A stretch of DNA of 61,805 nt, counting the filler. It is 9 parts of 9 records of this genome, joined end to end, with 100 filler letters (N's around TTAATTAATTAA, not from the genome) between each part and the next. Parts side by side here need not be neighbours in the genome. Positions count along the whole stretch, not along the records: positions 1 to 8,322 come from SRR7504441_4067; positions 8,423 to 18,033 come from SRR7504441_4069; 7 more parts are not named here. One strand, given 5' to 3'. The notes beneath the pieces were generated by a model. It did not search any database and was not told the DNA's origin. It worked only from the letters and a program-made list of their open reading frames with translations. This document shows positions 1-8,732 of this stretch, one piece after another. Every line of letters starts with the position of its first letter. Within the stretch, counting starts at the first letter, position 1. Position numbers and translations under genes: made by a program.

Positions 1-621
1 CAGTCGGGCTGCACTGCTGGTTGCCACGTTGTTGCTCTCTATGGTCACCATCGCACCTTCCCTTCCTCCTGACTGAACATCTATGGTGGCGGCCCCCTTT
101 GCGGTGCGTACTTCTAACTCTGCACCCCCCAGGCCGCCGCGCCCCTTCGATTCGATCAGCGCCGACGCGCTCCCGTGCTCCGAGCTCACTTCAAGGTTAG
201 CGTCCCCGGAGGCGTATTCCCCGGTGGCGTTCACCGTGATCTGAGCGTCTCGCGACACCCCCCCCTCGGCGCCGTCTGTCCGACTGATCACTTGGACCGC
301 GCTCTCGCCTTGCTGAGCCAGCACCTGCATCTGCCGGTCCCCGAGAGACTCGCCGCCCACCTTGAGGTTGCCCCGGAAGGCGGCGTCCCCGGTGCCAGCG
401 TCGATGGCGAACAGCCGGGTCTGCTGGTTGGTCCGGCCCTCCTGGATTTCGAACCGGGCGGCGTCGCCGTTGTTCATGAGGTGGAACGACTTGCCGTCGA
501 CCTTGTCCAGCGTGACCGACGTGTTGGATCGACTGGCCAGGATGTACCGCTTGGGCTTGGCCGGCGAGCCCATCGCCCCCATCGCCGCCAGGGCCGCCAG
601 CCCCAGCCAGATGGCCCGCAT
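1..621 (-). CDS. Secreted beta-strand-rich protein, 3'-partial (missing from the ORF track)
   Basis: Manual translation from ATG at 621 is open to base 1 (207 codons): MRAIWLGLAALAAMGAMGSPAKPKRYILASRSNTSVTLDKVDGKSFHLMNNGDAARFEIQEGRTNQQTRLFAIDAGTGDAAFRGNLKVGG... It has a signal-peptide-like N-terminus followed by alternating hydrophobic strands with Gly turns. Confidence 0.75.
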   Translation of the reverse strand, partial: MRAIWLGLAALAAMGAMGSPAKPKRYILASRSNTSVTLDKVDGKSFHLMNNGDAARFEIQEGRTNQQTRLFAIDAGTGDAAFRGNLKVGGESLGDRQMQVLAQQGESAVQVISRTDGAEGGVSRDAQITVNATGEYASGDANLEVSSEHGSASALIESKGRGGLGGAELEVRTAKGAATIDVQSGGREGAMVTIESNNVATSSAARL

Positions 622-1056
622 CGTTGATGACCAAAACCCAACGGGCGAAATGTTGTTGTCGCCCAGGCAGAAATGGGCCCCGCTGAGGCGCTGAGGCCGT
701 AGCAACAACGCGTGCCGATGGCCAAGTAGGTTGTCGTTGTCTCCCCTGCTGAAGCCACGAGATGTTTTTGACGATAGCTCCTGCTCCATCGGGTTAGCTT
801 GGCTAAACTCGAGGCAGCCTTGCAGTCCGCATCCGTACTGGCTCTCGAGCATCTGGTGACTGGCTGCAGGCATGATTGTGCGCAAATACATAGAAGAGCT
901 CCAGCAACGTCCAGGTTTTTAAACTGTTCGGTCCTGCCCACCGGGTCAGCAGCCACGACCAGCGAGTCCGCCACCGGGTCACTGCGCCTTCCATCCCATT
1001 CGCCAGCACGGCCAGCAAGAACATGGTGGGCTAGACGAGCATGAGCCCCACGTGCC

Positions 1057-1116
1057 AACAGGCTGCCCATCCATCTCCAAAGATCAGGATTACACAAACA
1101 GGCTGCCCATCCATCT
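1057..1116. repeat. Two-copy 20-bp direct repeat
   Basis: AACAGGCTGCCCATCCATCT at 1057-1076 and 1097-1116, separated by 20 nt. Confidence 0.9.
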
Positions 1117-1414
1117 ACCAAAAAGGGTTAAAAGGCTGCTCGAGGCGCCGGCACCAAGGCCGCAGACAATCCTCGTTTTCTGTTTGACACTTGCACTGCG
1201 GGACGGCGCGGGCCTAGCGCGGGCCGTAGCGCCCGGTAGCGCCCGGCCCGAGTATCCGTGCAGGTCTTCATCGTCTGAGCCGTTGTCCGTGCGTCCGTGG
1301 AGCCAGCGAGCCAATGACGCCAATGATTGCCTGCAACTCAGATCAGATCCGTAACCGTTACGATACAAACTGAAAGTATTTGGAAAATGGCGCAGCAGTG
1401 CAGGGCGGGTTCCG

Positions 1415-4400
1415 ATGGATAGCCCGCATAGCCCCCAGAACCGCGGGAGCGCCTGGCGCCGGTCCCACATGGACTCGGACGCCACCCTGGCCCACCCTTC
1501 CCCCGAGGAGCGCCGTCATCAGGACCGGGTGGGCTGGCTGGCCAGACGGGGGCTGACCGGCAGGCAGACCATGCTGGCCTCGTCTCAGCAAGCGCTCCGC
1601 GCCTGCGAGCAGGAGGTGGGCGCCCAGCCAGTCGACCAACTGATACTCGGGCGGGGGCAGCTGGCCGAGAGCAAGAACGAGCTGCAGGAGCTCCGCGCCC
1701 GGCACGCCGAGCAGAGCCTGGCGCTCCAGTCGTCAACCCAGCAGGTGGGCCGGCTCGAGCAGCAGCTGGCCGAGCAGCAGGGCCTGGCGGAGGCGCGGAC
1801 GGCCCAGCTCGAGCAGCAGGTGACCCAGCTAGAAGACCAGCTCCGCGCCGCCGACGCCCGAACCGCCGAGGCTACCGGCGAGCTCGAGAGGCTACGCGCG
1901 TCCAACGATGCTGCCGGACGGCCGCGCGTTGACAGCATCCTGCCGGACGTGGACCATCTCTGGACCGAGTGGAGTCCGCGTTCGCCCATGAGCGTCAAAA
2001 GCCCCAAAGCAGCCAAGCCCAAGGACGCTAGACCCTCGCACGTGCCCCGGCTGACCAACCCGGGATACAGCACCGTCCCGCCGATCGGCCAGCTGCAGGC
2101 GATGAGTGAAGAGCAGCTGCGGGCGGTGGGCCAGTTCGAGCTTCATCGGGACGGGGTGGGCGCTCTGGAATGGCTCGATCCGGTCGATTTGGTCGGGGCG
2201 GTGCTCGATGGTGTCCAGATTGAGAGAGGTCAGGCCCAGCTGGACGCGGAGGGGCTCCCGTCGCTCAACTCGCGCTGCCGGGTCACGATGCTCCGGATGT
2301 TCCTCAAGCAGGGCACCTCGATTGAGACGATGCGGGCCGAGATGGCGGCGGTAGGCAACACATTTGAGAGTTACGAAGCAGAGACTGGCCAGCTCCGGTT
2401 CGTTGTGCCCAGACTGTGCGAGGAAGAACCGCCCGAGAGCCCGGCCGATGAGAGTGACGTCTCGCTCGGCTCGCTGGCCGACCTGCTCGATGATGACAAC
2501 AGCATGCTAAGCCAGAGTCAAAGTGAGAACCAGAGCCATATGTCCGGGAGGTGGGGCGACTTGGAGGAAGCCTCTCCGATTTTGGACTCAACCGAATTGC
2601 CGCCCAAGGCCCCGGACTCGATCAGCTTGAAGGAATCAGCCCAAGTGGCCGAACTGCAAGCCCAGGTGCAGGCACTTGAAGCCAAGCTGGTCGAGGCGGA
2701 GACGGCAGCTGCGGAGGTGCACTTGCAGAAGCAGAAACTTGAGGAGCTCCGCGCCACGGTGGCCGACCGAATCCAGGAGAAGGTGCGCACGCTCGAGGCC
2801 GGGCACGCAGCGACTGTCGCAGAAATGGCGGTGGAGCACAATAAGGAGATCGCTCGGCTAAACGATGAACGGCGGTCTGGACAGGGCGACGCAGAGAGGC
2901 AGTCGGAGCAGCTGCAGGATGCGCTGGCAGAGCGAGACTCGGCGGCGGGGCTGTTGCAGAAGCTGCAGGCCAGCATGCAAGAGCTGCACGGCGGAATGCA
3001 GGAGCAGCAGCAGGTCTCGGATCAGATGCGTGAGCAGTATGAGAGCACACTGAACGAGGAGAGGCGGGTGCACGAGCTGGAGCTAGCGGCGGAGGAAAAG
3101 CACAAGGAAGAGCTCCAGCTGCGGCTGCATGAGCTGATGGGCAAGCTATACATGCTCGAGTCCAAGTCCGTGCCTGTAAATCTGGATGAGCCCGAGCGTA
3201 TTCGTCGGCGGGTCAAAGAAATATATCGGGAGCACAATCCTGATAAGCTCAACACAGTAAATAAGCTGCTCGACGAGCACACCGGTCGGGAGCTCGAGCT
3301 GCTCGGCAAGCTCGAGGCAAAGTACTGCGGCGAGTATGAGCCCAAATCTGAGGACGACGAGCCGCTGTACCCGATCTCAGACCTGTTAAAGCACATCGGG
3401 AGGTTGGAGTTTGAGAGCCTCAAGCTTGCAAAGGCAGACTGTGAAGGCAGACAGCAGCAGGTGTCTGCGCTTCAAGCCAAGATCTCACTGCTTTCAGAGG
3501 AGAACGACAGCCTGAAGGCTCTTCATAAGAATGGACTGGAAGTGAACGAATTGAAGTTGGCATGCCAACAGACCAAAGCTCTCACAAATGAAGTCGCACG
3601 GCTGAAGCGAGCCCTAAAGCAATCTGAGCAAAGTGCCGCATCTGCTGACCGAGATGTGAACCGGCAAAACAAGGCTATGATCAGCGACAAGCGGCAATCT
3701 GAAGTTGAAGCCGACAAATTCTGTCGTGCAAAAGAGAGGGAGTGTGAAAAGCAGATCAACGAAGTTCAGGCAGCGTGTGATAAGCGCATTCGGGAAATCG
3801 AAAAGGAACTGCGCGATTCTGAAAAGCATGCCGAGAAACTGCTGCACGAGGTAGAAGATTTGGAGGCGGAGATTCAGTCTTTGAAAGGCATGGCTCATTC
3901 CAACCAGTCACTTGAAGTCGCGAACGCGCGACTTAGGGCGGAGAAAGCTCGAGTAGGCAGGGAGTCCTCTCCAGCGATGAAAGCAAAGGCAGCCCGGCAG
4001 GTGGCAGACGCAGAGGCCGAAATGTTACGAGCACAGAATCAAGCCAAGGAGATGTGCGCACGGGCTGAGGGATGGGAGAAGGAGGTAGCTCGGCTGACAC
4101 AACTGTGTGACAGCCTGCAAAGCTTCAGGGGGGAGGAAAGTCCGAGCCCTGCACTGAGCTCACCTGCTCCCAGTATCACTCCAAATTCACGTCCGAGCTC
4201 AGCAAGCAGGGCATCTCGACCAAGCCCCGCCAGAAACGTGACAAGAGCCAAGTCTGCAGTCAAACCCAGGCCTCAACAGACCACCACGCCCGAAGAATTG
4301 GGCAGTGTACGCCGCCAAGTGAGGGAAATTTATCGCAAGTATAATCCAGATAAGCTCATCACAATCGACAAGCTTCTCATTCAGCACAAAGGCCGGGAGC

Positions 4401-7400
4401 AGGAATTACTGAGAAAGCTCGAAGCCAGGTACTGCAGACCAGCAGACGTGGGAGGTGGTCAAGTGAACCAGCTGTTAAAGCAGATCGAGGAGCAGGATAC
4501 AGAGCTGGGGCAGCTTAGGCAGACAGTGGCACAACAGTCAATTGGGCCTTCCTGGCACATGGAGCGTGTCAAGGAGCTCGAGGAAGAGCTAAGCAGACTA
4601 CACCAAAACTATGACAGGCAGCCCTATGAAGTAGGCATGCAGGCTGAGGCGGCAGATAAAGGTTCACAGGAAAAGAAGATGATGCTTGGCCGGTTGAGAG
4701 AGGCCCTCGCCTCGCGCGATGAGTTCGAGAAGCAAGCGATCACTCTGAGGCTCCAGCTTGCAGAAAGTTTGGCTACAGCTGGGAACGACCAGCTTGAATC
4801 TGAAGTTATCAACAACTTATTTGCTCAGAAACAGTTCGACCAATACGCACGATCGAATTCTAATTCGACTTGGGGAGGCCTGTTTGACGACGTTGCTCGT
4901 GCCAGCGAAGAGATGGACTTCGCAGAGCTCTCAAAACTGGCTCATGATGTCGGGCTGGTACCCTTTGTGTTCTTGCATGTCTCAGATCTGAAGAGTTGCT
5001 TTCAACAAGTCAATGTCTCTCATATAGCCGACGCCAAGCGTGGATCATTCAGTTTCAAAGAGTTTGCGAGATTCGTTAAGTTATGCGTCCGAAAAATACA
5101 CATGCATGTGGCAGAAGGCAGAATGCCCACTGCCGATCTAATGCAGTGGTTGGAGATGATGACCGCATCGAGTGGCGAAGCTGTACCGCAAAACGCTCTG
5201 GCTACCGTGCCACAATCGCAGGAACCTCGTTCACGGTCACCGTCTCCATCGTCAAAGATCCGATGGAATGGGGCAGATACCAGCGTTCAGGTGTTGGAGC
5301 GCAAACTAGCTCAAGCCCAGGCACGAGCGTCGAAGGCAGCCTGGCTCGAGGAGGAGCTCGAGCAAGCCAAGGCGCGCGAGTCGAAAGAATCCACGCTGAA
5401 GGAGCAAAATCAAAGTCTAGAGAGGAAGTTGTTCCAAGCGCGGGAGGAGACACACAGGCAGGCAATAATCCGTGCCAAGGAGGTCACTGATCTGCAAGAG
5501 AAGAATCAGAAATTACAGACAACGCTGGAAGCAAAGGCGATGGCCAGCTTAGATGAAGTTTCGAAGGCCAAAATTACCCAGCTGCAACGTGAGCTCAGTA
5601 AAAGCAAATCGGCTGTGAGTGAGAAGGAAAGGGAAGTGGGTATACTGAACGCTAAGTCGAAAGAACTGGCGAGGAAGGTGCAAGAAGCATCGACTAGCCC
5701 AGTAAAGGGGCAGAAATCAGAGGTTTCAAGGACTGCTGCGGAGCTTGAGGCGGAGAATGTTGCATTGAAAGCAGCGCTCTCGAGCGCAGATGCCGAAATA
5801 GCTAGCTGTAAATATTGGCTGTCGTTACACAAAGGACTGCCAGACGCAGAAATGAACGAGCATCCCCTCGAGGCACATTTGCAGAGAGAGCTTCTGCAGG
5901 CAAAGGATAAGTTGGAGCAGGCCAAGCGCAAGGCAGAAGCAGAACTTGCGAGCCTTGCAGAAGAAGGCGGCGTAGCAAGTGCCAACCATTCTCGTGAATT
6001 GCAGGGCAGGATCGAACATCTCGAGGAGGCCAGGCAGAGTGCAGAAAGAGAACTGGGGAACATCCAAGGGCTCGCAGCAAGCAATCATGCGCTTCAAAAA
6101 AAATGCAAGGAGTTGCAAGACGAGGTCGCTAGATTGGAGGATGCGTGGAACAGCGCGGAGTCGGAAGTATCAGGCCTGAAAGAGGCAAAGAGCACTGCAG
6201 ATGGCAAGGGAGTAGCTCTCCAGGAGGCAAAGGACCTGTTTGAAGCGGAGGCTGCCGACCTCAGGGAGGCAAAGAGCGCTGCAGAGGCAGCGAATGCAAG
6301 TCTCAAGGAAGCTAACGACAACCTGGAGGAGGAGAAATGGAAGCTTGCTGAGGAGGTGTCAATCTTGAGAGAGATTAAGACATCCCTGGCGCCTCTGGAA
6401 GCAGAGTTGAGACGGCTTCACGATGTGGAGAGCAATTCGAGATTGTTGCAGGTGGAAGCTGCAAAGCTGCAAGAAGAGGCATCTCACTATAAACGAGACA
6501 AGGAGCACTACAAGGCACTTGAGGCCCAGATGGACGTCTTGCAGGAAACAAGTCAGCGCATACCGCTCCTTGAAAATCAGTTCAAGATTGAGTTGTCTTG
6601 CTTGCGGGAGTCAAAGCAGCAGCTTGAAGATGAGGTCGCTAGTCTAAGGGGAGTAAAAGCTCATGCCGAGGGACTAGAATCCCTGTTGGCAAAAGCCGAA
6701 GAAGAATCTCAAGCACTACACAAAGCGAAAAGCCGACTTCATGCTGAGATCAAAACGCTCAAGGAGACAAAACCTCCCACAGTAGCAATAGAAGAGGAGT
6801 CAGTCGAGCATGCGCGGGCGAAAGGAAGTGGAGAGCGAGCAACAGATGCCCTTTGGAAGGTCTTAGGCGAAAATACTGCCGATGCAGATGCAACATTGAC
6901 AAGGGAACTGAAAGAAGCGAATCTGCACATTGACTCGTTGATGAAGGAGCAGAGGGAGGCAAACTTGCGCATTCAGGAGCTTGAAGAGGAGGTGTCAAGA
7001 TTAAACTCTACCGAGGTCCAGATTCGTGCAGACCGACAGGAGCGAGAGATAACCAGCTTGAAGGCAAAATGCGAACAGGTGGGCGTGCTTGAGGCTGAGG
7101 TAGGAATGCTCAAGACGGCACTGTCCAGCGCATCTACAGAGCTATCAACGTTGCAGGACGAAGGAAAGCGGGCACTAAGCGTGGAGGTGGCGGAGCTTAG
7201 GCGCAAAAATGATGGCTTGAACACCGAGCTAGCAGGATTGCGCGTGGCAAATAGCCAGACTGCAGAAATGCAGACTGAATTGGCGGGGCTTCGAGCTGCC
7301 AAGCGGGTACTGGAAACAGAGGTCACTGAACAGAGACTAGCCAAGAGTGAAGCCGAGGCAGAAGTTGTCAGCCTAAAGGCGGCACTCAAGGTGGCTAAAT

Positions 7401-7843
7401 CTCGTGCATCACAGGCATCGTCACAGCGGTCTATGGACTCCATGCCGATGCATTCAGTATCGGCTGAGCCGTCGTTGCCTCAGGATTCAGTAGCTTCGGA
7501 GACGCCTTATCGACATCCATCATTTGCTACTGCTACCGAATCATCTATACCTCTCTGGTCAATATCAGAACAACAAGCCTCTCTTTCACGCAGTCCACCA
7601 GACCATCATGCTAGTGCCTCAAGGGCTTCTTTTTACTCTGCTAGTGCTTCCAGAATGTCCTCAGCTGCAAGCATGGCGCCTGGGACCTACAGCCAAACGA
7701 CTTCTGAACCTGTCTCATCCACACGAGGCACCTCTCTAGGTGTGGCACACCACAGGGCAGCTCCTACAGGGGCCTCGAGAGAACCTTCTCAACAGACCTT
7801 CTCAACTCCTCGAGACATGGAAGAATTCAACAGACTGAGGTGA
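1415..7843 (+). CDS. Giant coiled-coil protein with a Nup98/Nup145-type autoproteolysis-like domain, two internal helical repeats and an EF-hand/p25alpha-like segment
   Basis: 2142-aa ORF rich in heptads. VPRLTNPGYSTVPPIGQLQAMSEEQLRAVGQFELHRDGVGALEWLDPVDL...FESYEAETGQLRFVVPRL (about 2042-2416) resembles the peptidase S59/Nucleoporin2 domain. The repeat RRxV[KR]EIYRxxNPDKL...LEA[KR]YC occurs at about 3197-3328 and 4309-4435. A possible in-frame 39-nt intron lies at 1529-1567, and the true start is uncertain. Confidence 0.8.
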   Translation: MDSPHSPQNRGSAWRRSHMDSDATLAHPSPEERRHQDRVGWLARRGLTGRQTMLASSQQALRACEQEVGAQPVDQLILGRGQLAESKNELQELRARHAEQSLALQSSTQQVGRLEQQLAEQQGLAEARTAQLEQQVTQLEDQLRAADARTAEATGELERLRASNDAAGRPRVDSILPDVDHLWTEWSPRSPMSVKSPKAAKPKDARPSHVPRLTNPGYSTVPPIGQLQAMSEEQLRAVGQFELHRDGVGALEWLDPVDLVGAVLDGVQIERGQAQLDAEGLPSLNSRCRVTMLRMFLKQGTSIETMRAEMAAVGNTFESYEAETGQLRFVVPRLCEEEPPESPADESDVSLGSLADLLDDDNSMLSQSQSENQSHMSGRWGDLEEASPILDSTELPPKAPDSISLKESAQVAELQAQVQALEAKLVEAETAAAEVHLQKQKLEELRATVADRIQEKVRTLEAGHAATVAEMAVEHNKEIARLNDERRSGQGDAERQSEQLQDALAERDSAAGLLQKLQASMQELHGGMQEQQQVSDQMREQYESTLNEERRVHELELAAEEKHKEELQLRLHELMGKLYMLESKSVPVNLDEPERIRRRVKEIYREHNPDKLNTVNKLLDEHTGRELELLGKLEAKYCGEYEPKSEDDEPLYPISDLLKHIGRLEFESLKLAKADCEGRQQQVSALQAKISLLSEENDSLKALHKNGLEVNELKLACQQTKALTNEVARLKRALKQSEQSAASADRDVNRQNKAMISDKRQSEVEADKFCRAKERECEKQINEVQAACDKRIREIEKELRDSEKHAEKLLHEVEDLEAEIQSLKGMAHSNQSLEVANARLRAEKARVGRESSPAMKAKAARQVADAEAEMLRAQNQAKEMCARAEGWEKEVARLTQLCDSLQSFRGEESPSPALSSPAPSITPNSRPSSASRASRPSPARNVTRAKSAVKPRPQQTTTPEELGSVRRQVREIYRKYNPDKLITIDKLLIQHKGREQELLRKLEARYCRPADVGGGQVNQLLKQIEEQDTELGQLRQTVAQQSIGPSWHMERVKELEEELSRLHQNYDRQPYEVGMQAEAADKGSQEKKMMLGRLREALASRDEFEKQAITLRLQLAESLATAGNDQLESEVINNLFAQKQFDQYARSNSNSTWGGLFDDVARASEEMDFAELSKLAHDVGLVPFVFLHVSDLKSCFQQVNVSHIADAKRGSFSFKEFARFVKLCVRKIHMHVAEGRMPTADLMQWLEMMTASSGEAVPQNALATVPQSQEPRSRSPSPSSKIRWNGADTSVQVLERKLAQAQARASKAAWLEEELEQAKARESKESTLKEQNQSLERKLFQAREETHRQAIIRAKEVTDLQEKNQKLQTTLEAKAMASLDEVSKAKITQLQRELSKSKSAVSEKEREVGILNAKSKELARKVQEASTSPVKGQKSEVSRTAAELEAENVALKAALSSADAEIASCKYWLSLHKGLPDAEMNEHPLEAHLQRELLQAKDKLEQAKRKAEAELASLAEEGGVASANHSRELQGRIEHLEEARQSAERELGNIQGLAASNHALQKKCKELQDEVARLEDAWNSAESEVSGLKEAKSTADGKGVALQEAKDLFEAEAADLREAKSAAEAANASLKEANDNLEEEKWKLAEEVSILREIKTSLAPLEAELRRLHDVESNSRLLQVEAAKLQEEASHYKRDKEHYKALEAQMDVLQETSQRIPLLENQFKIELSCLRESKQQLEDEVASLRGVKAHAEGLESLLAKAEEESQALHKAKSRLHAEIKTLKETKPPTVAIEEESVEHARAKGSGERATDALWKVLGENTADADATLTRELKEANLHIDSLMKEQREANLRIQELEEEVSRLNSTEVQIRADRQEREITSLKAKCEQVGVLEAEVGMLKTALSSASTELSTLQDEGKRALSVEVAELRRKNDGLNTELAGLRVANSQTAEMQTELAGLRAAKRVLETEVTEQRLAKSEAEAEVVSLKAALKVAKSRASQASSQRSMDSMPMHSVSAEPSLPQDSVASETPYRHPSFATATESSIPLWSISEQQASLSRSPPDHHASASRASFYSASASRMSSAASMAPGTYSQTTSEPVSSTRGTSLGVAHHRAAPTGASREPSQQTFSTPRDMEEFNRLR

Positions 7844-8322
7844 GCGCGCTTTGAATATTTGGCTGTTGACTTGTGTGCGTGTGTTTGAAAGGGAGATGAA
7901 AAAGAACCTGTTCCTTTCACAACATGATCAAAATCAGTACCGAGGACATGGGTGGTAGTGATACTTACATGAAAAAAATTCATGGTACTTAATGTCACAA
8001 ACCTACGAGTACGGTAGAGTACTTACGGCGTATGCGTTTTGCCAACCGTGTCAACTGACCAGTCCATGCATGCATTTTCTATCAATATTCTATCAATAAA
8101 AAGGCCATTAGGTGTACAAGTACTTGTACGAGTACGGTAATCAATTGAACATTGCAATGATCATCATTCTATACAAAGCTCGATTGATTAATAGCTGGCC
8201 ACATACATGTACAATGATTACTGTATGATTGTAACTTACTACAAGTATAGTATGGTACGATGTCTCATGATCAAGTACAAGTACTTTAGTAGGACTCTCT
8301 CGTTCGTAAATGGTGTCGTCCT

Positions 8323-8422
8323 NNNNNNNNNNNNNNNNNNNNNNNNNNNNNNNNNNNNNNNNNNNNTTAATTAATTAANNNNNNNNNNNNNNNNNNNNNN
8401 NNNNNNNNNNNNNNNNNNNNNN
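8323..8422. other. Artificial contig linker
   Basis: 44 N + TTAATTAATTAA (stops in all six frames) + 44 N. Confidence 0.99.
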
Positions 8423-8732
8423 GGTTCCCTCGGCTGACATTTCCGTTTTTTTGCCCCCTCTTAAGTCTTGCTTGAGTAGATGCTACTTGTATGCGAGCCT
8501 CGTAGGGCTCAAGTACTTGTAGCATCTAAATCATTCTACTTGTACGAGATAGAATGATTTACTTGACTATTGTATATCTTATGTATATCTATGTGACTGT
8601 CTACTCGTAGGGATGGGTACTGTAAGCCCTCATACTTAGGGTGCATTACAGACTGTTGATTGATTGATTGACGTACGAGTATGTACATGTGCAGCATTTT
8701 CATCATTGTTACAAGTCGAAGGTCTCAGTTCG

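Noticed and set aside
1057-1116. 20-bp repeat-spacer-repeat as a mini CRISPR array
   Set aside because: Only two copies, too short, no cas genes and a eukaryotic context.
700-1400. Possible small gene between the secreted protein and the coiled-coil gene
   Set aside because: Several short ORFs are present, but I could not build a consistent spliced model or find a motif.
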